This document shows, one piece after another, positions 1-13,607 of a stretch of 64,000 nucleotides of DNA. The notes beneath the pieces were generated by a model that saw nothing but the letters and a program-made list of their open reading frames with translations, was not told where the DNA came from and made no database searches. The position numbers and the translations under genes are program-made. The stretch's first letter is position 1. Each line of letters opens with the position of its first letter. The stretch is from NCBI GenBank assembly GCA_964016885.1, contig OZ024742.1, positions 179,800,001 to 179,864,000 of the forward strand, in the 5' to 3' direction. This stretch comes from Eledone cirrhosa. Taxonomy: Eukaryota.

Positions 1-44
1 TTGATGTAATGATCGAACCTGGAAAATCTGCTTCGTAGAATCAA

Positions 45-140
45 GACGTATCTGAGGACCTTGCGATTTTCAGAGTCAGGTTCGATCATTACATCAATCG
101 TGCCTCGAGCTGGTCGCCAGAGAAACGATTGTAATATGTC
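45..140 (+). ncRNA. Hammerhead ribozyme-like motif (type I), stem II disrupted
   Basis: Stem I gacgtat/atatgtc, core CTGAGGA (52-58), GAAAC-GATT-GTA (122-133), AATAAA at 142. The base of stem II does not pair cleanly. A 20-bp inverted repeat (1-20/78-97) overlaps it. Confidence 0.5.
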
Positions 141-201
141 CAATAAATTCCATTCGTCGCAACACTGATTCTCTTTTTTTCTGTGATATATATATATCTT
201 G

Positions 202-269
<68 letters not shown>

Positions 270-362
270 CAAGATAGATTCAGTAAGAAACTGGTTAGAC
301 CATTACTCACCAAAGTACTTGATACTTGAGGTAGTAGATTATGGTTATATGAAAGAGTCAGA

Positions 363-454
363 ACCACGACGGCTGAGCTCTTGCCGTTTCAACAGCTAGA
401 TCCAGACTGACTTGCAGATGTGTTATCGGTGGAAGAACTGTTTCATCAGGGGAT
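363..454 (-). ncRNA. Hammerhead ribozyme (type I) in PLE pLTR-like island
   Basis: Minus strand: atccc CTGATGA aacagtt...agctgtt GAAAC ggc-aagagctca-gcc GTC gtggt. 7-bp stem II, 5-bp stem III, GUC site. Island 290-390 is homologous to 12910-13010. Confidence 0.8.
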
Positions 455-1074
455 ATCAATTAGTCCAAATAAGGGCATACATTATCTATCCAATTGTAAC
501 GAATCTTTACAAAAGTATCTGGTTTGTTGAGAGAGTGACTAAGTGGGGTTGTGTGTATATATCTAGCTTAGTTCTTGTTCGTACACATGTGTGCATCTGT
601 ATGTGTGGTCAAGTGTATCTCCTGACCTATCTAGATGAAATAATGGTGGAAAGGGCCAAATTATATTTATAGAGACGGTATGTAAGGTTTAGTGGGTGTG
701 TATGTGTGTTTACTACCTCAGGTATATTTTCGTGACCTTCAAACAACTGGAGTATAGAATCCGTGTCAATCGCATGTCAAAGAATCGTACTATTTGACAG
801 AAAAGTGATTAATCAGCTATGAGCTGGCTAATTTTCTATTCAGCAGAACACATATGCATCTGAAGACAACTATATACACATCAAGATATATTTTCTAAAG
901 TAGGCCAAGCAGAGGAATCTGCATAGTTATGATCATTCTTCACAACTGACAATTTTTAGTTTATAGAGGAAAAACTAGGTTTTGCACAGAAATATTTAAA
1001 AGAAAATTCATGGATAACAATTGCAGTGATGGAATCGATAATAAAATTCCTATTTAAATTGAATAAATAAAAAA

Positions 1075-1253
1075 TAATTGTTTCTACTTTAGGCACAAGG
1101 CCAGCAATTACCCAGTGCATTACTGGTACTTTATTTTATCGACCCCGTAAAGATGAAAGGCAAAGTCAACCTCGGCGGGATTTGAACTCAAATCGTAAAG
1201 GGACGTAACTATGCTGGAAAGCATGGCGTCCGACCCTCTACCGATACTGCCAA
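1075..1253 (-). mobile_element. tRNA-derived SINE (family 1)
   Basis: Near-identical to copies at 46325, 46836 and 51799. B-box GAGTTCAAATCC and central gcctttcatc...ggggtcgataaaat...gtaccag domain. Confidence 0.85.
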
Positions 1254-2329
1254 AACAGATAAACGTGTCCAGTATAAAGATATACAGGTGTGCTCAATTA
1301 GCTGGTGCTAAATGGGGTAATATCTAGTCGAATTAATTAGCTATAACTACTTTGGTTCTTATGTTCCTATAGATACGAATAGGAGTATAGATTTGATTCA
1401 TATACGATGTCCCCGTTATGTTGCACTAATGGGTTACTGGTGGTGATTATATTTCATAGATTTGTAGTGTAATTGCTAATTGATTATGCACTGCAAGGGC
1501 CTGTTATTTCCTTAAGTATGTATTTATGTTGCAAGGAGGGGTTGTCATGGGGGTTGTCCACATGCAAATAGGTAATGGTATTTCTATAGTAGGGTGCTAG
1601 AGTAGGTGTACACTTTAATGCCGCTGTTGTAGAAAAAATATGTTATGGTAGGTGTCGGATTTACAAAACATACCTCAATTTCAGACCTTCTCACGATCCA
1701 GGTATGTAAAATACGTTTTCCAACATTCATTGTACATACATATTCAGCAATAGGCACCCTAGGGTGCCATAGTACATATGCAAATGCATCCCTAGGTATA
1801 TAGAGTACATACACATCCATAAATACACACAGAATTGGCTCTTAATGAAGCATTTGAGCTGACAGTGACATACCAAAACCCACATGCCACCATTAAAGCA
1901 AAATTATTAGCATATGAAACAAGTACATAAGAAGCTCATCTTGTACCTACCCGAGCCACATATCCAACCCTTTAGCCACATAAACATATCCCCAAAGACG
2001 CACCTACCACAACATATTTTCTATGACAGCGACGTTAAAGTGTACACCTAAGTGTGTGTGCGTGTGTGTCGGTCACAATGTGCCTTTATATTAACAGGTG
2101 ATAATACTTATATCCGACATAAATAATATATTTCACAACTATCTGGATTGACAAAGATGTTCAGTATGTACCAAACTTTAAACAATAATATATAAATTGG
2201 CCACATGAAGGGAATCATAGAATAGAAAAACACATCACATCTTGTCCAACCCATGCAAATATGGAAAATAGGATTACGTATTTTGAGGATGATGCTGATG
2301 TATTAATACACACACTTGTATATATATAT

Positions 2330-2697
2330 ATTATCATTTTACGCCTGCTTTTTTATGCTTGCATGAGTTGGATGGCTCCTTCTCACCACAGCATCTCTCC
2401 ATTCGACATGTTCCTCTGTCATCTGCTCTGTGAGTATTACCAATTGGAAATCAGCTCTCATTATATCTGGCCATGTCTTCCATGGTCTATCTCAACTGCA
2501 GCTTCCTTCCATTGGGATTTCCTGGCACTTCTTCACCCAGCAATCATCATCCATTTGCATCACATGTCCATACTAATACCGTCTTCTCTCCTGGATGCCA
2601 CTTTGGATTCCTCTTAAACCCAACTCTTCATCCAAAATCTGCCTCCCTCTCACATTTATAGTGCACATCCAACGAAGAATGGTTGCTTAATTTCTCT

Positions 2698-2700
<3 letters not shown>
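2330..2700 (-). mobile_element. Degraded RTE LINE 3' fragment
   Basis: Minus strand resembles the RTE C-terminus (WxGHVM...GRPWKTW) and has a 3' end similar to the other RTE tails here (catgcaagcat...gcgtaaaatgat). Confidence 0.6.
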
Positions 2701-2759
<59 letters not shown>

Positions 2760-4419
2760 TGATTAGGGTTGATTAGGGACCGGGTGAATCTAGATGAGAT
2801 GCGATTTGGGTTTGTCCGGGAAGAGGCACCTCTGATGCCCTCTTCCTTGTGAGGCAGTTAAAGGAAAAGTACCTAGCTAAAATTAAGCCGCTCTACCTGG
2901 CATTCGTCAATCTCGAGAAAGCCTTTGACAGAGTTCCACGTGCTGTAATCTGGTGGGCTCTTAGAAAGCTAGGAGTAGATGAATGGCTTGTGAAAGCCAT
3001 GTATAGGGGAGCAGTCAGCAAAGTTAGGATTAGCAATGAGTATAGCGAGGAATTTAGCGTACAGGTTGGTGTCCACCAGGGCTCTATTCTTAGCCCTCTC
3101 CTGTTCATCATAGTCCTGCAGGCAATAACGGAGGAGTTTAAGACCGGATGCCCATGGGAACTCCTGTATGCTGATGACCTCGCACATATAGCTGAATCTA
3201 TGGTAGAACTAGAGAAGAAATTCCAAACTTGGAAGCAGGGACTAGAAAGAAAGGGTCTCAAAGTCAACATGACAAAGACTAAGGTCCTTGTAAGTAGACG
3301 AGAAAACAGAACCCAGATCCCCTCAGCGAAATGGCCTTGCTCAGTATGTAGGAAAGGTGTAGGTAGGAACTCCATTCTCTGCCCCAAATGCTAACAATGG
3401 GTACACAAGAGATGTAGCGGGATCTCAAGAAGCTTAATTAAGAATGTAGGCTTCACATGCAGCAGCTGTGCTGGGACAGCAAGCAGCAAACAGCCACAAG
3501 AAACAAGTATCACCAATCTCTGGAAGGGCTCTGTAGAAACAGTAGACAGCTTCTGCTACCTAGGTGACCGACTTAGCAGCGGAGGTGGGTGTTCAGAAAG
3601 TACAATAACTAGGGTAAGAACGGGGTGGAAGAAGTTCAGGGAACTACTGCCATTGCTAGCTACAAAAGGCTTCTCCCTCAAAATGAAAGGCAGACTGTAT
3701 GATGCGTGTATCCGAACAGCAATGTTACATGGTAATGAGACCTGGGCGCTGAAGATGGAAGACTTACGTAGATTAGAAAGAAACGAAGCCTGCATGCTAC
3801 GATGGATGTGTAATAGTAATATACGCGAACGACAAAGCATAAATGAATTGAGAGAGAGGAATCAAATGCTGTGTGCAGGAGAGGCGGTTATGTTGGTATG
3901 GACATGTGATGCGTATGAAGGATGACAGCTGCATGAAAAGGTGCAGAGCACTAAAAGTCAATGGAAAACGCGAAGTGGGGAGACCCAAGAAGACCTGAGA
4001 TGAGGTGATAAAAGCCCACCTTACCCTTACCCTCTCAAAGGCGATGACACACGACCGTAACCTCTGGCGTCACGCAGTAATACAGAGTACCCGACCTCCC
4101 ATGGGTATAAGCTGAAGCATATAGACAATATGTCCCCACACCCTCCCACTGCAAGGTTGTCGTGGAGGTTCCACAGCAAAAAAGCACCCAGCCCACACTG
4201 TAAAGTTGACGTGTAGGCGCCACGAAAAAAAGCACCCAGCACTCACTGTAAATGAGGTTGGTGTTAGGAAGGGCATCCAGCTGTAGAAATCAAGCTAAAA
4301 TCAGTTCCTGTATGAGCAAGGCATAGTCAGCCGACCAGACACTGCCCACAACAGGACAACCCGTCTAACCCATGCTAGCATGGAAGAACGGACGTAAAAC
4401 GGTGATGATGATGATGATG
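2760..4419 (+). mobile_element. 5'-truncated RTE LINE (subfamily A), RT with internal PHD finger, 3' UTR, (GAT)n tail
   Basis: [51 protein letters not shown]. Stops and a deletion present. Near-identical to 47488-48637. Confidence 0.92.
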
Positions 4420-4494
4420 ATATATATGCATATATATATATATACATATAAATATATATATATATATACATATATAATATACATATATATATAC

Positions 4495-4524
<30 letters not shown>

Positions 4525-4526
<2 letters not shown>

Positions 4527-6525
4527 CATCATCATCATCATCATCAACGTTTAACGTCCGTGTTCCACGCTTGCATGGGTTTGGACGGGGGTAGTCCCAC
4601 TTGAGGCAAGAGTGATTGTCTTGCTCGCATAGGACTGTCTGGCAGGTTTTCTACAGTTGGATGCCCTTCCTAACACCAACCACATTTACAGTGTGGGTCT
4701 GGGAGGTTTTTACCGTGTTGCCTACACGGCCACATTACAGCGTGGACTGTGTGTTTTTTTCGTCGTGACACCTACACGATCTCATTTGTTTCGGCCTGGA
4801 TGGTGTGGCACCAACACAACTTTACATAGAACGGGGTGGCGTGGATGGGGTGGGGGTGGTGGGACGGGGGGGGGGGGGGGGGTGCATTTTGTTAGAGATG
4901 CCTACTGGCTGTAGTAGGTTTTACTATGTATTTAGGTAAGGCGGGTCTTCTCTGTTACTGAGTACCGCCAAAGGTCTCGGTCCAGTGACATTGTCTTGGA
5001 GAGGTGTAATGGTGTGAGGTCGGAGTTTATCAGCTCGTCCCAGGTTTTTCTAGGTCTGCCTATTCCGTGGCTACCGTCTATCTTTATTGCCCTGCACTTT
5101 GTTATACAGCTATCGACTTTCATGCGCATCACGTGTCCATACCAACGTAGCCTTCTCTCGAGTAAACAACATCTGATCCCTCTTATTTCTAATTTTTTCC
5201 TTAGTTTGTTTATGCTTTGCCGTTCACGTATATTACTGTTACACATCCAGCGGAGCATGCAAGCTTCGTTCCTCTCTAGTCTGCGTATATCCTCTGCACA
5301 CAATGCCCAGGTCTCACTGCCATGCAACATTGCTGTTCGTATGCAGGCATCGTACAACCTGCCTTTCATTTTTAGGGAGAACCCTTTAGCAGCTAATAGT
5401 GGTATAAGCTCTCTGAACTTTTTCCAACCAGTTCTGACTCTAGCTACTGTACTTTCAGAGCACCCTCCCCCACTGCTGATTTTATCACCCAGGTAACGGA
5501 AACTGTCCACTATTTCTATAGAACCCTCTGCGCAATTGAAAGAGCTAGTATTTTGTGGGCACCTGCTGCTACTTATTGCACCAGAGCACCGGCCACATGT
5601 AAAATCTATGTTCTTAGTTAGCTTACCTGTGATCCCACTACATCTTTTATGCACCCATACTTTGCATTTAGGACATAAAATGGAGTTTCTACCTACGCCT
5701 TTCCTACACACCGAGCACGACCATTTCCCAGAAGGGACCGCCGCCTTATTTTCTTTCCTACAAACTAGAACTTTAGTCTTAGCCAGGTTAATTTTAAGGC
5801 CTTTTGATTCTAGGCCGTGCTTCCATGTTTGGAATTTCTTCTCTAGCTCGGCCATTGATTCCGCTATGAGTGTCAGGTCGTCTGCGTATAGGAGTTCCCA
5901 TGGGCAGCCGGTCTTGAACTCCTCTGTTATAGCCTGAAGGGCAATAATAAATAGTAGGGGGCTGAGAACAGAGCCCTGATGGACGCCAACTTTTACGCTA
6001 AACTCTTCACTATATTCGTTGTTAATTCTAACCTTGCTGACTGTTTCTTTATACATGGCTTGTATAGCTCTCACAAGCCATTCGTCAACGCCTAGTTTTC
6101 TAAGAGCCCACCAGATAATGAAGCGGGGGACTCTGTCGAAGGCTTTCTCCAAGTCGACAAAAGCTAAGTAGAGGGGTTTACCTTTAGCTAGGTACTTCTC
6201 CTGTAGTTGTCGTACAATGAAAAGAGCGTCTGTGGTACTTTTGCCTGACACAAACCCGAACTGCATTTCATCTAGGTCAATTCTCTCTCTGATTAGTTGT
6301 GCTATTACTTTTTCCGTGACCTTCATGACCTGGTCGATTAATTTAATGCCTCTATAGTTACTCCTATCTAGGGCGTCTCCTTTACCCTTATAACAGTTAA
6401 CGATGATGCTGCTATGCCAGTCCTTCGGAAACACCCCATTCTGTACGACTTGGTTAACTATGCGGGTGACCATGGTGTGTCCCACCGTGCCAGATGCCTT
6501 CAGCATCTCAGCAACTATTTCCGAA
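4525..6525 (-). mobile_element. 5'-truncated RTE LINE (subfamily B), RT frame open over about 530 aa
   Basis: ORF 4932-6525: [44 protein letters not shown] finger, [15 protein letters not shown]. (ATC)n tail at 4525-4546. The YI-repeat N-terminus in the ORF track is (TA)n. Confidence 0.95.
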
Positions 6526-6566
6526 TACATATATATATACATATATATATACATATAAATATATAT

Positions 6567-6677
<111 letters not shown>

Positions 6678-6682
6678 CACAT

Positions 6683-6746
<64 letters not shown>

Positions 6747-6979
6747 GAAAGACGTAAAAGAAGAAAATTTTAAAATTAAAAATTAACTTACTAAAAATTT
6801 CACTCCAACTAATTAGATACATATATATATATACATATATATATATATACATATATATATACATATATATATATATACATATATATACATACATATACAT
6901 AATGTTATAGATATATACATGTTGCAACTGGTCACTTTTAAGCTCTATGAAGAATTAATAAATTAAAAAATCAGAGCAT

Positions 6980-7777
6980 TATATCATAAATCATGTCTTT
7001 AGAATCATCAGATAATAAAATATATACTATTTCTTCTTCTAATTAGCATAATCAACCATATAAAAAATCAATCAGAACAAGCTATAAGAATAAATGCTCT
7101 TATGGGGAAATCTCCGACAAATAACCGAACGTAGCCTCTTCGCGGCGGCCTCAATCGAGTATTTATCCAACATTTCGACAGCATGTAGAAACTGACTAAA
7201 TATACCATCAACCATACAATTAGGTGTAAAATAAACTTAGAAAAAATGCGCACATACCGTAATTATATCTCTACCATGGTTTCTTCCTTATTTTAGACAT
7301 CCAAATAATAGGAATGTCCTGAGTTAGGATTCATCAGGAGACAAACTCAAAATCAGACATCTAGTTTTTCAATCCGATCCCGCCAAAATTAGATTAAAAA
7401 ATGGCTAATAACCGCTATGTGGCTGTGTTCAAGCCAGAGAGAAAGAATGTGATTGGTTGCTTACGGCGGGTAGGCTTGCTGCTAGAAAGCGCAGCCACTA
7501 GATGCGGTATGTGCGCATTTCTTCTAAGTTTATTTTACACCTAATTGTATGGTTGATGGTATATTTAGTCAGTTTCTACATGCTGTCGAAATGTTGGATA
7601 AATACTCGATTGAGGCCGCCGCGAAGAGGCTACGTTCGGTTATTTGTCGGAGATTTCCCCATAAGAGCATTTATTCTTATAGCTTGTTCTGATTGATTTT
7701 TTATATGGTTGATTATGCTAATTAGAAGAAGAAATAGTATATATTTTATTATCTGATGATTCTAAAGACATGATTTA

Positions 7778-7785
<8 letters not shown>
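6980..7785. repeat. Inverted repeat, about 280-bp arms (6980-7260 / 7503-7785)
   Basis: The same peptide is called on opposite strands (7068..7253 - and 7502..7696 +). Flanked by (TA)n. Confidence 0.95.
7266..7343 (-). ncRNA. Hammerhead ribozyme (type I)
   Basis: Minus strand: tgtctc CTGATGA a-tcct...agga-a GAAAC CATG GTA gagata. Palindromic stem III ACCATGGT, GUA site. Lies in the spacer of the inverted repeat. Confidence 0.8.
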
Positions 7786-7853
<68 letters not shown>

Positions 7854-7869
7854 ATGTATAATAAACAAT

Positions 7870-10800
7870 ACAATATAATTACCTCATTACCAGAGGTTTC
7901 CAGAATAAGACGAATACGAAAAACGTCCTCATTCGTTGGTCGGACAAGGCAATTTGAAACATAGTGAAATATTTGAAAAGTCTCCTCCAGAAATGCAAGA
8001 GTTTAACGGACAAAAAATATATAAATAAAAGTAATGCAAATGATACATAAAAAAATAAGGAAATATAGTTAGGGTGTGTGTATATATGTGTATAAGTACT
8101 CACAAATGTACATATGTGTGTATGTACAAAGGCATATGTATGGTGAAAATGTGTGCGTAAGTACATATATGAGGGCAAGTATATTTGTGTATATGTGACC
8201 ACAAATACGTATATAATATGAGTTGAAAAAGAAATCGTAAGATAATATAGTTAACACGCATCCAGATACAGGTATTAAATACACATACCAGTATGAAAGC
8301 ACGCGTATAAACACACACACACGCGCGGTTACTTGTATGCGGAAGATAAAGAGGGAAGGGAGTGTAATAGTAAAAAGAATGTCAATCTCGATATATGTAT
8401 AAAAATGAAACAATATATGAGAATGAAAAACATTTTTTTAAATCAAAGAGAAAGTAATCAATTAACACTAGAGGAAAGAAAACAAACATAGGTACGCACG
8501 TACACACATATATATATATAAATATTTATACACACAAATACATACAGACAAAAGCGCATGCATGCGTACATACATACACACGAGGCACGTATATATATAT
8601 ATATATATCGCCACATGTATATCTATCACACGTACGTACGCGACTATATATATATATATACATATATATATACACACCCATACATACATATACATATACA
8701 CACATACACATACACATACAAATACATTCACCCGCATACACACACACGTATAAATAAGTATGTAAAAACACAGATATAAAAAAACATAGATATAAAAACA
8801 CACATACACACACATATATATACGTACGCACGCACACATACGGAGGCGTTCGTATACATATACAGAACGTATACACACATAAGCACACTCACACACATAG
8901 ACACAGATTATAAACCAGCCGTATGAATAAATGAGTACAAATATAAAATCGGCTGCGAAACAACAGAATATATCTGGAGTGGAAAACGCAAGTGACAGTG
9001 TTATCAGGTAGTGAAAGAAAATGGGGAAGTAAAATGTGGAATGGGAAGCTATTAGGTAAGTGAATCGAAAAGTAGGGGTGGGGTGGGGTGGGGGTGGGGG
9101 TTTATTGGTGGATGTGAAGTAAAATTAAAAATAAAGTTAAAAATGAAAGTAAATCAGAAAGAGAAGTCTGTAAAGTGGATAATATAAGGAAAGTGAAGAA
9201 TAAGAGTTTATGGAGGATAAGTATCTGAAAGTGAGTTAAGTTTATATGAGCTGGAAAGCAAGTGTGATTTCATGTGTGGGCAACTGGTGGAAATTTCTGT
9301 TTTTGTATTTAGGCAGGTTTTTGGTGATTTAAGGTTTTGTAAAATCCAATAATTTTCACTTATGCAGAGTGTGCATCTTCTTGTTCCTCTTGCATATGCT
9401 TTAGATTGGTTCAAAATTGACCAATCCAATTTATATTGGATACCTTGGTCTTTCAAATCCCATATTCTGCTAGCCAGAGCTGTTGTGAATCTTTTTTCTG
9501 GATGTCGGAAAGATGCGACATGTGAGTAATAACGCGTTTTGAATTTGTCTTGTGTCATATCATTTGCTGGTGGCTGGTTGGTTGTTGCTGATGGTTGTCA
9601 CTTTAGCCGCATATACAATGGCTTTGGTGTTGCATTTACCTTGTAATGGGCATTCACTTTTGACTCTACAGGAGCAATTTTGATGTTCTCTGGGTGATTT
9701 CTTAAGATTTAATAGGGGGATCGCAGAAGTAGCTAATTTTGACACAGTTTCTATTGAAGATCTTATAGTATCTATGTGTTCTAGGGAAATGTTTATCTAA
9801 GAGCTCTAGGAATTTTTGTCTACATTAGTTTTAACTGCTAGAGAGTAGGAGGTGTGAACCAGATTATTTTTCTTTTCCTATTATTATGTTTAAAAGAGTT
9901 AGTATTGTTGGATATGTACTTAATTGGTTCGCTAAAACCGCTATTGTGAAGGGCTTTATTATGGTAGGGGGATGCCTTATTGAAAATAGCTTCTGAGGAT
10001 GAGATCCTACGGCTAATATTAGGGATAAGGTTTTTAAAAACTATAGGAGGATGGCAAGAGCCTTTATTTATATATTTTAAATTTTCATTAGGTTTATGGT
10101 ATGGTTTATAAGAAGCAGTAGGCAGATCTAGGTTTATATCTAGAAAATTAACATTGGAAAGGTTAGTGTCAATAGTAATTTTAAGATTAAAACTAGCGAA
10201 GGTTTTTATTAAGTCTTTCCTTAATCTATCTAAGTTATGGCCTATGGTGGTATGGGAAAGTATTAGACCATCGTCGCGATAAAGCCCCAAAATATGGTTA
10301 GGGAATTTTTCTTTAAGTGTGTGTAGGAGGAATAGGCCGACTAAATCACAAACATCAGCACTGTCAAAAGAACCCATTGAGACATCGAATGGGTTCTCTG
10401 GGTTAGATATTTTTACCCAAGTGTCATTATCAGTAAAGAGTAGAGTGTTTCTAGCATGCAAGATGACATTATCTTCAATATCAGAAATATTGGTAAACTT
10501 TCTAGCGAAATTTAAGGCTTTCGCTAAAAGAGAGTCTGAGTGATAGACGGGTAGAAATCTACAGTGTCAAATTGGGTGATTCATACGGCTGGTTTATAAT
10601 CTGTATCTATGTGTGTGAGTGTGCTTATGTGTGTATACGTTCTGTATATGTATACGAACGCCTCCGTATGTGTGCGTGCGTACGTATATATATGTGTGTG
10701 TATGTGTGTTTTTATATCTATGTTTTTTATATCTATGTTTTTTACATACTTATTTATACGTGTGTGTGTATGCGGGTGAATGTATGTGTATCTGTATGTA

Positions 10801-11400
10801 TATGTGTGTATATGTATATGTATGGGTGTGTATGTATATATGTATATATATAGTCGCGTACGTACGTGTGATAGATATACAAGTGGCGATATATATATAT
10901 ATATATATATACGTGCCTCGTGTGTATGTATGTACGCATGGATGCGCTTTTGTCTGTACGTATTTGTGTGTACAAATATTTTTTTATATATATATATGTG
11001 TGTGTACGTGCATACCTATGTTTGTTTTCTTTTCTCTAGTGTTAATTGATTACTTTCTCTTTGATTTAAAATATTTTTTCATTCTCATATATTGTTTCAT
11101 TTTTATACATATATCGAGAATGACACTTCTTTTTACTATTACACTCCCTTCCCTCTTTATCTTCCGCATATAAGTGACTGCGCGTGTGTGTTGTTCATAC
11201 GCGTGCTTTCATACTGGTATGTGTATTTAATACCTGTATCTGGATGCGTGTTAACTATATTATCTTACGATTTCTTTTTCAACTCATATTATACACGTAT
11301 TTGTGGTCACATGTACACACATATACTTTCCCTCATATATGTACTTACGCACACATTTTCACCATACACATGCATTTGTACATACACACATATGTATATA
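7870..11400 (-). mobile_element. 5'-truncated Penelope-like element (Neptune-like) with inverted pLTR/3' UTR copy
   Basis: 9208-10570: FDVSMGSFDSADVCDLVG, YRDDGL, NFLD, YHKPN, HPP, WFTPP, linker CSC..CPLQGKC, IVY..KFKTRY GIY-YIG, CTLCISE..CPH. Frameshifted. 8020-8930 is repeated inverted at 10578-11390. Confidence 0.9.
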
Positions 11401-11626
11401 CTTATATACAGATATATATATATATATACATATATATACACACATACACACACATATTTTAACTTTAATTATATCACATAAAATAATACAACTGGCTTTT
11501 CCACATAATACATATTGTTAGCACCCCAAACAATTAAATTGGGTTTATATTAAAATATAACCTAATGTTTGTTGAGTGAGATGGTTACCAGTCAGAGATT
11601 AGCTTTAAACTATCTCTGTTATTGTA

Positions 11627-11713
<87 letters not shown>

Positions 11714-12130
11714 TATACATATATTGCAGCAACATATAATTTATCACTTCCATCCCAGGAAGAACGATAAACCTGTTGAAAAAATGAATGCAACGTTCGG
11801 TCATCAATGCTAGGAGCTTGCCTTTCAAGTAAGTCGGATATTTGATTTTGGATTCAAAGAAACACTTTAAACGTCTATTCGTCTAAAACTTCTATTCGTC
11901 TAATTTGTCCAGGTGTACTTTTTCTCAACCTGATTAGTGCTATCGTTGCTCTGGTATATATATTGTGTGTTAGTTTAGCCTACCACAATGTTCGATTTGT
12001 CAAGCTTTTTAAACGTATGTTATTACTCTAAGGACCTATCTTATCGAGTGCTTTGCTAACTCATCATTTCATATAAGTAGGCCGAATTCACTTGCAAACC
12101 GCCAGAGATTCGATTTTACTGATTTCCAAT

Positions 12131-12165
<35 letters not shown>

Positions 12166-12383
12166 AATTAAGTTAAAGTGTACATCTACATATGTATACG
12201 GAAGTATTAGTATGCATATAAATACACACATGTATACATATGTACATGTACTAAGTTTTTCACTAGACACTTTACAGTGAGTGTCAGCTAGTCTGTATGT
12301 AACCACACAGACGGACCGGGTTTTAGAGTCATACGAGTTTTCAAGGAAACACATTTCCTCTATTCTCCAGAGGGCCAGACAGG

Positions 12384-12428
12384 AATATTGGACTAGTTTC
12401 GATGTTATTACATCTCATCAGCAATATT
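12384..12428 (-). ncRNA. Minimal hammerhead ribozyme (type I)
   Basis: Minus strand: aatattg CTGATGA gatgt-aata-acatc GAAAC TA GTC caatatt. Perfect 7-bp stem I, 5-bp stem II, palindromic ACTAGT, GUC site. Confidence 0.9.
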
Positions 12429-12564
12429 TACCCATCTTCCGGCTTCTCTGGAGAATTGTAAAAGCACATATCGTTATATGCTTTTTCTATGAAAATTAGT
12501 AGTGGGTAGACTAATTTGCATAGAACGTGAGTCATTGTACGCACCGGTTCAGCGGAAACGATAA

Positions 12565-12950
<386 letters not shown>

Positions 12951-13028
12951 ATTACCCACTCTACTACCTCAAGTATTGAGTACTTTGGTGCGTTATGGTC
13001 CACCTGGTTCCTTACCACATTTCCTTCG

Positions 13029-13195
<167 letters not shown>

Positions 13196-13196
13196 G

Positions 13197-13245
<49 letters not shown>

Positions 13246-13319
13246 GATACATATATATATATATACATATATACCCGTAAAATAAGCTCCAAGATTCTAA
13301 TGAATAGGTCCGAGCATTT

Positions 13320-13583
13320 TATAACAACTAGAAATTGATTAACATATAAATAAACATATGAAACAATCACAGGGGAGAGTTTTTACAAGTGTGCAAGCAC
13401 ACATAGCTAGGTACGTATCTAAATAAAGTTAACTAGAACTTCAAAAATAGATCTATTTTTGAAGTTCTAGTTAACTTTATTTAGTTACCTACCTAGCTAT
13501 GTGTGCTTACACACTTGTAAAAATTATCCCCTGTGATTGTTTCATATGTTTATTTATATGTTAATCAATTTCTAGTTGTTATA
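13320..13583. repeat. Spacer-less fold-back, about 130-bp arms
   Basis: Centre aaaaataga|tctattttt at 13451/13452. Related sequence at 31797-31935, 31978-32040 and 38510-38570. Confidence 0.92.
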
Positions 13584-13607
13584 TATATATATATATATAG
13601 TTAAAAG

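Noticed and set aside
1300-2100. Possible coding or TE fragment
   Set aside because: No recognisable motif in the frames examined.
4996-5937. Antisense ORFs over RTE/CR1 coding regions
   Set aside because: Shadow frames of reverse transcriptase genes.
7068-7696. Duplicated short ORFs on opposite strands (also 16477/16752, 23480/24451, 27706/28043)
   Set aside because: By-products of inverted repeats with no protein-like features.
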